Of a DNA stretch of 64,000 bases, positions 44,087 through 54,384 are shown piece by piece (position 1 is the stretch's first letter; each line of letters opens with the position of its first letter). The stretch is from a virus. The stretch is from the IMG/VR virus record IMGVR_UViG_3300028800_000012, positions 1-64,000 of that record; one strand, written 5' to 3'. Both the position numbers and the translations under genes were made by a program. Below the pieces are notes generated by a model. It was not told where the DNA came from. It saw nothing but the letters and a program-made list of their open reading frames with translations, and did not search any database.

Positions 44087-47000
44087 GAGAATAGCTCCGG
44101 CGCCTCATCAACAAAAATCATGTCGGCTGTCATGTCCACGTTAGGCGTGATGCTGTAAACGATGAGGCGTTTGTATTCGCTGCCGATCCGGCCGAGCGTG
44201 CAGAGGCACCCAACGTCGATTTGCGACGCGCCCGGATCGGCAAATGGCGTCGCAAATGTGATTGCAGTCGTTTCGCCGTCCGATGTGGACGTGATCTGTT
44301 TTGTGATGATGCCGTTGCCGCCCTTCATCCGAATCGCAATGCCGGTGACGGCTCCGAAATCTGCAATATCTCCCGCGACGGAAAGATCGGCCGAATCCTT
44401 GATGTCCGTCCCTGTGGTAACAGGGACTGTCCCGTCGAGCGTCAAACCTGTAATGTTTCCGCCGCTGCGGCTGATCGATTGGATACGCGAGAACCCGGCA
44501 TACCGGTCGATAATATCGTATTGGACGCCGACTAAATCCCCGCGTTGACAGACAATCGACTCCAGATCGGCCTTACCCTTGTAGAACGTCATCCTCACTT
44601 TCGACTGCAGAAGATCGAAAGCCGCGCGCGCGCGGACATCGGCCTCATCAACAAGGCCGTCATATTGTATTTGATCGAGACGGGACGAGTCTGGGTTCGC
44701 GGGATCGGCGTAGACAATTGTCTCGTCAGATTGATAGTTGTTAGCCGAATTGATAAACCCAGCGCGGATGCCGGTCGATGGGCGTGCGAATGCACGGGTA
44801 AACGAAAACCCGTTCATATTGCGCGGCGTAAATATTTGGACGGGGGAGTCGCCGGAGCGATCCCTGTCGAGAATCACGCCCCATTTCTCATTGTGCGACA
44901 GCCGCGCGTACCCCGATGCCGCGACCATCGTGGCGACATCGATATAGGTCTTTCCTTCGACGACCGCGTCGCAGGTATATCCTTGCGCGGCGCAATGCGA
45001 CCGGAAGGCAACGAGAGAGGCGCTATCGACAATGTCAACTGGCAGTGGCAAGCCGCCCTGCGTGCCGGTCAGAACGTCCCATAAATGAGGCGCCGGGTTC
45101 GACGTTGTCGTCAGTGTATTCCACCCGGTGCCGTCCCAGTCGTTTACGTACCCGGATGCTAGAATCGATACTTGGTCGATTGCCCGGTTAGTAACCTTGA
45201 GCGCGACTGTTGCAAATTTGTCGGGATAGGGGACAGGATGTTCGTTCCAGATCGACGAAAACCTGACGATCTGCGCCGTATCCTGAATATTGTTCTGATT
45301 GTAGAGCGTTTGTGCCGGGCTAGTGATATAGCCGAACAGATCGTAGATGACATTCGCCGTCGTATAGTCTCTCAGCGAAAAGTCCCCGGCCCGGACAGAC
45401 TGCCCGCGCATAACCTGTATTTCCCAACTTCCCTTGGGAAATTTAACATTGTCGTTTAGATAGAATACGGCCTTGTCTGCGAAGAGATCGACATTCTGAA
45501 TCCCAGTCGTTGACGACACGTTGCCGGAATATAGATAGGCGTCGTTTGCCGAAGAAAATACGACTTGTGAGATGCAGACTGTGTGAGACGAAACGTCTCC
45601 TGCAGATTCTACCAAAACAACCCGATGATAGGCGTAACTCTCACCTACAGTTTGCGGGATTGAGATCGTGCGATGCTGCGAATTCGACGATGTGAATGGA
45701 CCATCTGTTGCCAGTGTCGTCCATGACGATCCGTCATTCGACCCTTGCACACTCAAAGTTATGTTTTTATTAGCTGAATTTGTAAACGCTGCATCGCTCG
45801 ATGCATAAACATCAACTTTCAAAAGGCTCGTAAGATCGTTCCACTGCTTCCCGACGGTTGCTGTAATAGACCCGGTACCGGCCAAACTTGCGCAATTCGC
45901 CAGCAGCTGTGTATTTGTGCCGTTGAACGCGGCGGCGAGATTGCCGCCCCCAGTCAATGTGCCAATGGCCGTACCGGTCGCGCCAGATACAGTCGATCCT
46001 GCCCCGGAAGAATAGAAATAAGCGTCGGATTCCCATCCGCCGATGCCGGCCGGGGCATGCACTTGCGGCGGAACATAGCTGTAGGCATAAACAGGGCCGC
46101 CTTGATCCGGCATGACATTGCGTGTGGCGGGCGGCGCCTGCCACAGCATCTTGATCATGAAATTGATCTGCTTTAGCGAATAGTTGACGGCCTGCAATTC
46201 CGGCAGATTGATCCAGTTGGCCGCCCCGACCTGCCGCATTCTCACGCGAAACGGGATCAGCATGGCGTGCCCGGACGAATCCACGCATCCGGTCGGCAGT
46301 GAAATCGTGAGCCACGCTTCGTCCGGCGATGCTCGCGTGGTCATCCCGTGCCACTGCGGGCAAGATAGCGGCGGGTTCGATTGATTGAGCAAATTGATCC
46401 CGCCGCCGCCGGTCGAATTGTCGACGGCATGCTTCGTTAGTTCAAAATTAATGCCTGGGTCAGTATAACTCTGCCGTGTGACGAGCGCCGCCTGCGGAGA
46501 ATTTGGCAATCCTTCCTGCAATTCTATCTGCAGATCGGGGATTGACGCGGCCGTCGTATTCCCGACCATCAGGTCGGAGAGCAAATGCGGCCCCGACAGG
46601 CCGTAAATGGCTTCTGCTTGCCAATCGTCGCCGACGAGCTCGGTTAGCGGCGGCGAAATGATCGGGGGGAAGACGCGCATCGTCCCGACTACGCGCGGGA
46701 TCGGGTTGCCCTTGCTGAGAATGTTTCCGGAAAGAGATGCGGCGGGCTTATTGACGCCCTGATCGGGCGGCGCGCCCTGATTCGTCGAAAGAGATGGCGG
46801 CGGGACAAGCGCGGATATTGCAAGTGCGCCGCCAATGCCGATGGCCGCGCCAAGCACAGAAGCGCCGACCGTACCGGCGGCGAAGGACGATCCTAAAAGC
46901 GGAGCTGCGGCGCCCCCCGTCACCGCCGCCGCGACGAGCATTACAGCGATCATCGCGATGGTGGCGAATGTGTTCTTGTGGCCGCCACCACCGCCACCGC

Positions 47001-47265
47001 CACTCCTGACCGGTAGCGCGAAGGTCACCACCACATCGCGGCCGGGATCGGCCTTAAGCCGTACGCGCGACCACATCTCGCGCGGAATCACTTGGTCATT
47101 GATGCGCGCGACACACCGTTCGGCGAACTTTGGCGGCAGATCGGTCTGTGCCGCGAAAATCTGTTCGATGGTCTGCCCAGCTCTGCCCACCGGCAGAATC
47201 CGGACACGCCCGTCGAATGGCCGTTCCTTTAGAACGACCAACGGATGCCGTAGCGGTGCTGTCAT
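44083..47265 (-). CDS. Host-specificity protein J-like tail tip protein
   Basis: LLGSSFAAGTVGASVLGAAIGIGGALAISALVPPP; YGLSGPHLLSDLMVG; CDAVVEGKTYIDVATMVAASGYARLSHNEKWGVILDRD. Confidence 0.85.
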   Translation of the reverse strand: MTAPLRHPLVVLKERPFDGRVRILPVGRAGQTIEQIFAAQTDLPPKFAERCVARINDQVIPREMWSRVRLKADPGRDVVVTFALPVRSGGGGGGGHKNTFATIAMIAVMLVAAAVTGGAAAPLLGSSFAAGTVGASVLGAAIGIGGALAISALVPPPSLSTNQGAPPDQGVNKPAASLSGNILSKGNPIPRVVGTMRVFPPIISPPLTELVGDDWQAEAIYGLSGPHLLSDLMVGNTTAASIPDLQIELQEGLPNSPQAALVTRQSYTDPGINFELTKHAVDNSTGGGGINLLNQSNPPLSCPQWHGMTTRASPDEAWLTISLPTGCVDSSGHAMLIPFRVRMRQVGAANWINLPELQAVNYSLKQINFMIKMLWQAPPATRNVMPDQGGPVYAYSYVPPQVHAPAGIGGWESDAYFYSSGAGSTVSGATGTAIGTLTGGGNLAAAFNGTNTQLLANCASLAGTGSITATVGKQWNDLTSLLKVDVYASSDAAFTNSANKNITLSVQGSNDGSSWTTLATDGPFTSSNSQHRTISIPQTVGESYAYHRVVLVESAGDVSSHTVCISQVVFSSANDAYLYSGNVSSTTGIQNVDLFADKAVFYLNDNVKFPKGSWEIQVMRGQSVRAGDFSLRDYTTANVIYDLFGYITSPAQTLYNQNNIQDTAQIVRFSSIWNEHPVPYPDKFATVALKVTNRAIDQVSILASGYVNDWDGTGWNTLTTTSNPAPHLWDVLTGTQGGLPLPVDIVDSASLVAFRSHCAAQGYTCDAVVEGKTYIDVATMVAASGYARLSHNEKWGVILDRDRSGDSPVQIFTPRNMNGFSFTRAFARPSTGIRAGFINSANNYQSDETIVYADPANPDSSRLDQIQYDGLVDEADVRARAAFDLLQSKVRMTFYKGKADLESIVCQRGDLVGVQYDIIDRYAGFSRIQSISRSGGNITGLTLDGTVPVTTGTDIKDSADLSVAGDIADFGAVTGIAIRMKGGNGIITKQITSTSDGETTAITFATPFADPGASQIDVGCLCTLGRIGSEYKRLIVYSITPNVDMTADMIFVDEAPELFS

Positions 47266-47266
47266 G

Positions 47267-47671
47267 TCAGACTAAGGAGACGTGCCGATAAAAACCGAGA
47301 AGATTAAACCGCAGCCGGGAATGATCGATCGGCATCACAACTGCGCTGGTCGCTTTCCAAATGTGCAAAAGCGCATCCGATGAAACCATGATGCCAGCGT
47401 GCAGCGGGTTCCCCCGCAAAAGAGCCACATCGAAGCGGCGTTTTTCACCGATCACGCGCGACCACGGATATGACGCCCGCTCCTGTGCAAAGCGTGCGTT
47501 GGCCAGATCGATGTCTTTGGCGGAGATTTCAGCGTATGTCGGAACATCGACTTGCGCCTGTTCTTTCAGAACAAGGTACACCAAGCCCCAACAATTGCAG
47601 GCGTCGAGCGAATGTCCATCATCGGCGTAAGGGACGCCGACGTAACGCGAGGCCCACTCAGGGATGATCAT
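47267..47671 (-). CDS. NlpC/P60-like tail assembly peptidase
   Basis: YVGVPYADDGHSLDACNCWGLVYLVLKEQ (Cys) and HAGIMVSSDALLHIWKA (His). Confidence 0.8.
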   Translation of the reverse strand: MIIPEWASRYVGVPYADDGHSLDACNCWGLVYLVLKEQAQVDVPTYAEISAKDIDLANARFAQERASYPWSRVIGEKRRFDVALLRGNPLHAGIMVSSDALLHIWKATSAVVMPIDHSRLRFNLLGFYRHVSLV

Positions 47672-48171
47672 CGGAACAGCGCCGGCAGATAATCCGGGGT
47701 GGCCCTGATCTTAGGCCACGGCTCCGTCGTCACGTCGTAGCTCACGATGTCCGCCGTCAATTGCCAGGCATCGCAGGAGACGTTGCGGAGATAGAGATAG
47801 TCGGCTTCATATTCGATTGTCGGCGTACCTACCGGCTGGCGCGGGTTGGAATCGTCGAAATCCGACCGCGCCATCACCTGAATGGAAAACCTCGGCGCGT
47901 CCGAGATTGCCAACACGGTTTCGCCGATGATCCGGTCAACGTTGGGAACGGTGAACTTGGCTTGTGGCGGGTTTTCATCGTCAGTCAGCAGCGGCATGCC
48001 GCAACCAGTGCCCTTGAATGTATTGCCGCCGTAGACATAATCGACAATGTCGGAGTTGAAGTAGAGCGGCGTCTCTAGGTCCGGATGCGTGATCGTGAAG
48101 AACCAGACGGCAACATCGCCGCCATTGGTCGATTCAACATCGTCGCGGAAATCCGCGCTGATCGTTCGCAT
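47668..48171 (-). CDS. DUF1833-like tail protein
   Basis: ITHPDLETPLYFNSDIVDYVYGGNTFKGTGCGMPLLTDDENPPQAKFTVPNVDR. Confidence 0.65.
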   Translation of the reverse strand: MRTISADFRDDVESTNGGDVAVWFFTITHPDLETPLYFNSDIVDYVYGGNTFKGTGCGMPLLTDDENPPQAKFTVPNVDRIIGETVLAISDAPRFSIQVMARSDFDDSNPRQPVGTPTIEYEADYLYLRNVSCDAWQLTADIVSYDVTTEPWPKIRATPDYLPALFR

Positions 48172-48238
48172 GGATGAGGGGGTCGCGGTTTTCCGGTATC
48201 GGCGCTATAAGCGGGGATAACTGGGGGCGGCGGTTTCG

Positions 48239-49267
48239 ATGCGCAAAGGCTATCGTCCAGAACTCGAAGGGCTCAGAGGTGTGCTTGCCGCATGGGTGAT
48301 GCTGTACCATGCGGCCATCTTTGGCGGCTTCTGGAAGAATGTACCAAGTGGCGTTGCCGCTCTGATGGATGGGGCGCGCGCCGTCGAGGTGTTTATGGTC
48401 CTTAGCGGATTCGTGATTGCGGGACTTATTTGGCGTGAACGGGAAGGATATAGCGTTTTTCTATTTCGCCGCTTTTTGAGGCTGTACCCTATTTATCTGA
48501 TCTGCATTGTAGTAGCGGCATTGGAAATCAAATTTGGCATCGTCGCGCCGCACTTTGATCTCTCCAAATGGCCGGAGCATTTATTAGCGCACATTCTCAT
48601 GCTGCACGGCGCTATCTCCACTTCCGTTCTCCCTGGAAGCGCCGGAGCAATTCTAAATCCGGCATGGTCGATATCTCTTGAATGGCAGTTCTACATTATC
48701 GCGCCAATTCTATTGTACCTGAGAGGACCTGCCGGGCTAGTACTTGCTTCAACCGTCGCTGTCGTTCTACTGCGCCTTGTCGCGCCGCACCTAAACGGTT
48801 TCACCGGCGCATTTCTCCCGTTAAATATACAGTTCTTCTGGATCGGCATAATCACCTATGCGGCGCTGGAACGTAGCAAGATCGAGCCAATGACTGTCAT
48901 TTTCCTGACTGCGCTCTGTCTTTTGTTCCTGCCCGTGATCGTCGCCGTGCCGATTGTTCTCTGGGTGGCTGCGATCTCCCCGGGGCCGGCGTCCCGCATG
49001 CTTACGAGCCATATCCTGCTTTCGCTCGGTCGCTGGTCACTTCCCATCTATCTCGCGCACGAGCCCATCATTGTCGCTGTACGATCGATGCTGCCAACGC
49101 TCGGTCCTCTAAAGGACACCTTGCTGATAGTAGGCATCGCCGGCACTCTGACGGTACTGGTGGCGGCGGTGCTGCACAGATATGTCGAGGCGCCGTTCAT
49201 CGTCCTCGGTAAGCGCCTCAAGAGCAGAACATCTAGTGAATCCACACCAAACCAAGTTCTGTCATAA
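48239..49267 (+). CDS. Acyltransferase 3 family (OafA/YrhL-like) membrane protein
   Basis: YRPELEGLRGVLAAWVMLYHAAIFGG, VEVFMVLSGFVIAGLIW, FFRRFLRLYPIYLI, WSISLEWQFYIIAPI. Confidence 0.93.
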   Translation: MRKGYRPELEGLRGVLAAWVMLYHAAIFGGFWKNVPSGVAALMDGARAVEVFMVLSGFVIAGLIWREREGYSVFLFRRFLRLYPIYLICIVVAALEIKFGIVAPHFDLSKWPEHLLAHILMLHGAISTSVLPGSAGAILNPAWSISLEWQFYIIAPILLYLRGPAGLVLASTVAVVLLRLVAPHLNGFTGAFLPLNIQFFWIGIITYAALERSKIEPMTVIFLTALCLLFLPVIVAVPIVLWVAAISPGPASRMLTSHILLSLGRWSLPIYLAHEPIIVAVRSMLPTLGPLKDTLLIVGIAGTLTVLVAAVLHRYVEAPFIVLGKRLKSRTSSESTPNQVLS

Positions 49268-49622
49268 TGTCATTGACGTGGCTGGACGGGTTCACTGCGC
49301 CAGTCTTCACCGAAACACGGGATAGCGCCGCCGCAGCCGTCTGCGCCGCCGCTTGTGTAATGTTGTAGCCGGTCAAATCTAGCCCGCTTGGGAGTGTTCC
49401 GACTCCGAGCGGCGTCGGCATAGCCGCAAGTTCCGCCGCCGAGGCGTTGTTGCGATAGATGTGACAGAACCAATGCGTCGGCGGAGCTTGGCCGCTCGCG
49501 GAGGCCGGCTGCGCCAGATTTTCACTTCCGGGATCATCGCCGAAATATGCGGCCAGCATTGCGTTGGCGTCCGCCTTGGATGCACCCGGAACAACAATTA
49601 CGACGGAATGATCATTCGCCAT
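49233..49622 (-). CDS. Hypothetical tail-region protein
   Basis: ...LGVGTLPSGLDLTGYNITQAAAQTAAAALSRVSVKTGAVNPSSHVNDIMTELGLVWIH. Confidence 0.5.
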   Translation of the reverse strand: MANDHSVVIVVPGASKADANAMLAAYFGDDPGSENLAQPASASGQAPPTHWFCHIYRNNASAAELAAMPTPLGVGTLPSGLDLTGYNITQAAAQTAAAALSRVSVKTGAVNPSSHVNDIMTELGLVWIH

Positions 49623-49634
49623 TTGTGACCTTTC

Positions 49635-50396
49635 TTAGAGTGACAGGCCGGCAAGAGCGCCGAAATATGTGCGACAATTCGCGATTTCCTGCGAGGTCAG
49701 GATGCGGCTGATCATAACCCCGCCAAACCACCAGATATTCGCCGCGCTAGTCCCGCCCGTATCTGATGCACCCACGGTAAGGCCGTCTGCAGTTGCCGTG
49801 CCGGTGTTACCCGTAGTGTAGGAGTTGTTGTCAATGGCGGCCTGCGACGAAACGCCGTTCCATAGTTCCGTAAGAACATGATTGGCACCAATTGTCATAT
49901 CTGGATTAGTGAGGAGCCCAGAGCCGGAATAGAACGTAAGTCTCGGAGTTGTTCCGTTCTGATAAACACGCGCTTTATTGGTGCTAACGCCATCCCATAT
50001 TGAATGACCTATTGTCCAACTCACTTGCTGGCCGATCATGATACGTGTGAACGTTGCACCCATCGTAAACGCAGCACCGATGCCGTCATCCGCACCGTCA
50101 AATATGATATATTTTAACCCACCAGAGACAGTGTAAATCCCCTTGCGCGCACTGGTACCTTGAACAAGGGCGTTTGAATTTGTCTTCCCGACAATGCGCC
50201 CGACCGGATCGCCGCTCGCCGCAACCGGCGTCGCGCCTGCGCTGTCCTGGAACAACGTGGAAATATCGGCAACGCTCCACCAATCTCCCGTCTCGCCGCC
50301 ACCGAACAATTGGCCTGGATTGAACGGCTGCGGAGCGTTCGTGGCCGGATTGCCGAATACGGCCGGCGCGTAAATTGTGCCAGGAATTATAATCAT
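49635..50396 (-). CDS. LamG/concanavalin-like virion protein (tentative)
   Basis: GLKYIIFDGADDGIGAAFTMGATFTRIMIGQQVSWTIGHSIWDG...WWFGGVMISRILTSQEIANCRTYF. Confidence 0.5.
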   Translation of the reverse strand: MIIIPGTIYAPAVFGNPATNAPQPFNPGQLFGGGETGDWWSVADISTLFQDSAGATPVAASGDPVGRIVGKTNSNALVQGTSARKGIYTVSGGLKYIIFDGADDGIGAAFTMGATFTRIMIGQQVSWTIGHSIWDGVSTNKARVYQNGTTPRLTFYSGSGLLTNPDMTIGANHVLTELWNGVSSQAAIDNNSYTTGNTGTATADGLTVGASDTGGTSAANIWWFGGVMISRILTSQEIANCRTYFGALAGLSL

Positions 50397-50815
50397 TAAG
50401 TGAACGTCCCGACCGCGACCACAGACACATTCGCGCCGGTCGTGACCTTCCACGCGCCGGACACGCTTTTCATGCCGAGCGGAATGAAGAACGGGACAAG
50501 ATTTGAAACGGAAGACGCGCCGCCGGTAAAAATAGTAATCGACGTTGCGTTATCGAGGATGATCACGTTGCCGGGCGATGTCGTCGCCGGGACAACAAGT
50601 ACGCCGGCAATATAATCTCCAGCCGCGCCGGTTGACCCGAGTACTTGCGCCGTCTGCGATGCCGCGACGGTTTCATATTTGGCCTGCGGGTCTGGATCGA
50701 ATGCGTGGATGAACTCATAGCCGGACCCTCCGGCACCGTCCTTATCCCAGAGACGTGTATTAAAAGACGTTCCGGTGCCGTCCAAGACGGCTTTGGTCGT
50801 GGCAGAGCCAGCCAT
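50396..50815 (-). CDS. Hypothetical virion protein
   Basis: MAGSATTKAVLDGTGTSFNTRLWDKDG...; tail module. Confidence 0.5.
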   Translation of the reverse strand: MAGSATTKAVLDGTGTSFNTRLWDKDGAGGSGYEFIHAFDPDPQAKYETVAASQTAQVLGSTGAAGDYIAGVLVVPATTSPGNVIILDNATSITIFTGGASSVSNLVPFFIPLGMKSVSGAWKVTTGANVSVVAVGTFT

Positions 50816-51235
50816 TTACAGTGCTCCGAGATATTGGGAATTTGTCGATTTGTTGAATTTGAGTGCCGGCGGCGCGGTGCCGCCGGAGATCAGCCGCAAC
50901 GCAATCTGTGCGCCGTAAATGATGCCGTCTACGCTGTTGAGCTTCGGCGGCGCGGTGAACATCCAAGTGCCGTTGCCGCCGGTTCGCTGATGCGTCACGG
51001 TGAACTGCTGTGTTCCATCAAGCAGTGTTGTCGAATAGAACGTCAGCAGCGCGTCCCATTCGTCGGACGTGTAAAGTCCGTTATAAGAGATGAGCTTTGT
51101 CGGCAGGGACGTGCGGCGGCGCAGTTTTTCCGGACCAACATCAGGCTGGAACTTGGCGACGTTATTTTCCGGTTCTTCGCTGTATCCTTGCTGCAGCCAA
51201 TTGGTATTGACCGCCGCCGGCCACGCCGCCGTCAT
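50816..51235 (-). CDS. Minor tail protein-like
   Basis: WPAAVNTNWLQQGYSEEPENNVAKFQPDVGPEKLRRRTSLPTKLISYNGLYTSDEWDALLTFYSTTL.... Confidence 0.6.
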   Translation of the reverse strand: MTAAWPAAVNTNWLQQGYSEEPENNVAKFQPDVGPEKLRRRTSLPTKLISYNGLYTSDEWDALLTFYSTTLLDGTQQFTVTHQRTGGNGTWMFTAPPKLNSVDGIIYGAQIALRLISGGTAPPALKFNKSTNSQYLGAL

Positions 51236-51263
51236 CGTCTTTCAGTCCTTGCGATGGGAGAGA

Positions 51264-53549
51264 TCAGCGCGGTCGGGGCCGCAGTGGAACGCCGTAACGG
51301 CCGCGCATGATGGAATCGGCACCGCCGCTGGCTAGATGCTCATTGGTAGCGTCTTTGGCCTCGGATCGGATGAGGGCGCGGAAATCTATGCCGCCCTGTG
51401 CATTCGGCTGCTGCGATTTTTCGACGCTCGACCCCGGCGGGGCTTCGACGATGAAGTTATTCGTCACGCCGCCACCGGCATTGCCGCCGCCTTTCCAGTA
51501 GGACGACGGGGGACGTATGACATTGCCGGAGCGGTCAAACCCGCCGCCATCGGCAAAGCCGGGAATGCCCATGCGGCGTGACTGCGAATTGGAATAGACC
51601 GTCACGCCACCGCCGGGATGCGTTTGCAGCAGTTCAGGACCATTCTCGCCGACAACTGCAATTCTTCCCGGCCCGAACGATCCGCCCGTAGCGGCATGGC
51701 CGACGAACAGGCTTGCAAAGATACTCGTGATGCCGCCAGTTCCGCCGCCGGGGAACGCTGCCGCCCACAGGTTGTTCAGGATCATGTCCAGCAGTTTGGA
51801 CTCGATCTTGTTCAGGGCATTCTGCGCGGCATTGCCGAAAGATTCCCACGCCGATTTGCCCTGCTGCAGGCCGGAGAGCGTGTCTTGGAAAAGGCCGCGC
51901 GTTGTGTCGAAGGCGAACTTGGTGTCTTCAGCTTTCTGCGCGGCCTTACCAAGTGCATCGGCTTCCGCCGTAATGAGTGCGATACTCTGCGGGGTAAGCG
52001 TATTCCCGAGCCGGCGCTGTTCGTTTATCTTGTTCTGGATCGCAGCGTACTTGACCGCCTCGCCGGTTGACATGCCGACCGTGTCCGCCTCGACCTTGTA
52101 CGCATCGGCGGACGCGCGGATTTGATTAATGCCGAGGGCTTCGTTCCGCGTATATTCAAGGATGCGGTCGGCGGCTGATTTTGTAATTCCCACGCCGGCA
52201 AGACGCGCCTGCTGGATAGCAATTTCCTTGGCGCGGACCTGGTCTTCCACCGTGGCTAGCTGCCCCATGATGGAGATGCGCTGCAATTCCATTTGCTGAT
52301 CATGGACTGCGTCTTGCGGGTTGACTGTGGTTTTGCCGCTGGTTGAAATTCCGGCCTTTCTATTCAGCGCGCCAGACAGCGACTTTTCCGAATAGTCAGA
52401 AATTAACTGAGTGGCAGAATTGAAGCGAGCGTCGAATGTCTTGCTCTGCTCGTCCATGGCGGCGATGGCCGCAGTCCCGGCCGCCAGTCCGGCGGCGATA
52501 ACCGGATGACCCGTAGCAAGCGCGATAGCCGCCGCACCACCCGCCAATATGGCAAAGTCGTTTTTGTGCGCCATCAGGAAGTCGACAACCTCGATAATTG
52601 CCGCCTTCCCCTCATTCTTCCAATCCTGCCAGACGCGCGCCCAAGCCGTGTCAAAGTCGCGCGCTTTGGCGATCATTTCCTGTTCGGCGATGCTGCCAAA
52701 GTTATTAGCTTGCTGCGCCGCCTGCATAATTGAGGCGCCGCCTTGGCTAAGAAATTGCACCCATTTCTGCGTCGCCGGCAGACCAGCCAGAGCAATGATG
52801 CGGTACTTTTCCTGCTGATTTGCCGCGTTGGCGACGAGATCGGCAGTACGAGCAAGATTTACGTTAAGGTCGCGAGAGACGGCAACGCCGTTAGCCCGGA
52901 ACAGTTCGGCGAGAGAGCCGACGTGATGTTCTGCCTCGATAGCCAGCGAGCCGAATTTTTCCATTGCGGAGAGGAAATCGTCTTGTCCGATCCCGCCGCC
53001 TTTCAGGAGCGCCGCAGACTGCAGACCATGCAAAGATTGCAGCGTCCCGCCGATCTTGTCCTGTAGGTCGGCGAATTTTACTTCAGTCGTCTTGATCGAC
53101 TCGTAAATGAGGTAGAACGCGCCAGCGACAGCCGCCGCACCGCCGACCAACATCCGCATCGGCGTCAGCATCGACGTGAACATGCCGAGCGCGCCTTGGA
53201 ATGCGCCAACGAGTCCGCCCGGCCCGCTTGCCGCATAGGACAAGTGGTTGAGCTGCATCGCCAGCATCTGTGCCGGCGGAATGCCCATTGCGATGCCTTC
53301 CGCCATCGACCGCGCCGCATGGAAGGCCGCCATGGCCTGCGTATTGAAGCCGCCGTGGGCATTGGCGGCATCGTTCACGGCTTTTGCATATATGCCGGTC
53401 GCCGTGGCGTTGGACTTCGCTTGCTCCGTTCCTTGCGCAACGGATGCGCCGGCCGCCTTAGCCTTCGCGCCGAACTGGTCGAGTGCCGCCGAACCTGCCG
53501 CAAGGCCGGACGTGTCGACCTTGAAGCCGAGCGTTGCGAGATCGGTCAT
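51264..53549 (-). CDS. Tail length tape-measure protein
   Basis: 761 aa with an Ala-rich helical N-terminus, hydrophobic segments and late Gly-rich region, after the tail chaperones. Confidence 0.9.
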   Translation of the reverse strand: MTDLATLGFKVDTSGLAAGSAALDQFGAKAKAAGASVAQGTEQAKSNATATGIYAKAVNDAANAHGGFNTQAMAAFHAARSMAEGIAMGIPPAQMLAMQLNHLSYAASGPGGLVGAFQGALGMFTSMLTPMRMLVGGAAAVAGAFYLIYESIKTTEVKFADLQDKIGGTLQSLHGLQSAALLKGGGIGQDDFLSAMEKFGSLAIEAEHHVGSLAELFRANGVAVSRDLNVNLARTADLVANAANQQEKYRIIALAGLPATQKWVQFLSQGGASIMQAAQQANNFGSIAEQEMIAKARDFDTAWARVWQDWKNEGKAAIIEVVDFLMAHKNDFAILAGGAAAIALATGHPVIAAGLAAGTAAIAAMDEQSKTFDARFNSATQLISDYSEKSLSGALNRKAGISTSGKTTVNPQDAVHDQQMELQRISIMGQLATVEDQVRAKEIAIQQARLAGVGITKSAADRILEYTRNEALGINQIRASADAYKVEADTVGMSTGEAVKYAAIQNKINEQRRLGNTLTPQSIALITAEADALGKAAQKAEDTKFAFDTTRGLFQDTLSGLQQGKSAWESFGNAAQNALNKIESKLLDMILNNLWAAAFPGGGTGGITSIFASLFVGHAATGGSFGPGRIAVVGENGPELLQTHPGGGVTVYSNSQSRRMGIPGFADGGGFDRSGNVIRPPSSYWKGGGNAGGGVTNNFIVEAPPGSSVEKSQQPNAQGGIDFRALIRSEAKDATNEHLASGGADSIMRGRYGVPLRPRPR

Positions 53550-54324
53550 TGCTGAGGATTATCTTGCGGCGTGGTTTCTGCTGACAATTTAGCGGCGTGA
53601 GACAGGAATGCGGCGTCGACGGCCTTGATCGCGTGCACTTGCCACGGAGAGACAGGCAAGCCAGTGAGCCGCGACCATGCCTCTATTTCTGTGTAGGAGA
53701 TCGGCGCAGGTCCAAACCCGGTCCCGCCTCTTGCCTCGGACAGTTCGCAGAAGATTCCCCAGATGTGCCGCATATCGCGCGGCGGAGGTTCGGGGTGGAG
53801 ATCGGGAATTTCAATTCCCGTTTGTTCTTCTGCCGACAGAAGGTGTTCTCTGAGAGTCCCGCCAGTCGGCTGCGGGTCGGATAGCCTGAATTCCGCCTCG
53901 GCAAAGGCGACCAGTTCGGAAATCAGGCTTTCAAGAAATTTGCCCGGTTAGCGATCCACGCATCGGCCTGTTCGCGCATCCACGGGAACCGGATATAGGC
54001 AGCCTTCGCAGAGGCCGAAGTGAACTCCGGTTTGTCTCCGTCGATGGTCACGTTCCATCCAGTCGTGGCGTCGACGACGAGATCGACACCATCGGAATCG
54101 ATGGCTTCCGCCGTGATCTTTGTCCCTGGCGCCGCCGTCTGAATGCGGCGATTGACGCGCGCGTTCTGCGCCGCCTTGAAGCGCGGCGAATCCCGACCCA
54201 AGAGTGTGAGTGTCATTGGCGATTTATCGTCGTTCTCCAGCGGCTCGCCCGTGCCGGGATGCCGTAGCTGCATGACAGAGCCTTCGTCGCATGCTTTCGA
54301 CGTATCGAGACTGGACAGGTCCAT
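53546..54324 (-). CDS. Tail assembly chaperone fusion made by -1 frameshift (G-T like)
   Basis: Frame 53923-54324 continues in the -1 frame without stops into ...DMRHIWGIFCELSEARGG...ISYTEIEAWSRLTGLPVSPWQVHAIKAVDAAFLSH (ends 53546). Confidence 0.8.
53923..54324 (-). CDS. Tail assembly chaperone (G-like, unshifted product)
   Basis: MDLSSLDTSKACDEGSVMQLRHPGTGEPLENDDKSPMTLTLLGRDSPRFKAAQ.... Confidence 0.8.
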   Translation of the reverse strand: MDLSSLDTSKACDEGSVMQLRHPGTGEPLENDDKSPMTLTLLGRDSPRFKAAQNARVNRRIQTAAPGTKITAEAIDSDGVDLVVDATTGWNVTIDGDKPEFTSASAKAAYIRFPWMREQADAWIANRANFLKA

Positions 54325-54384
54325 GATCGGCCTTTGTTGCTATTGCTTGGGTAAAGTGCGGCGGCAGTATTTCCGCCGCTAGAA

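Noticed and set aside
53683-53904. Independent 73-aa gene between the tail chaperone frames
   Set aside because: It is a third frame overlapping the -1 frameshift extension, which explains the region better.
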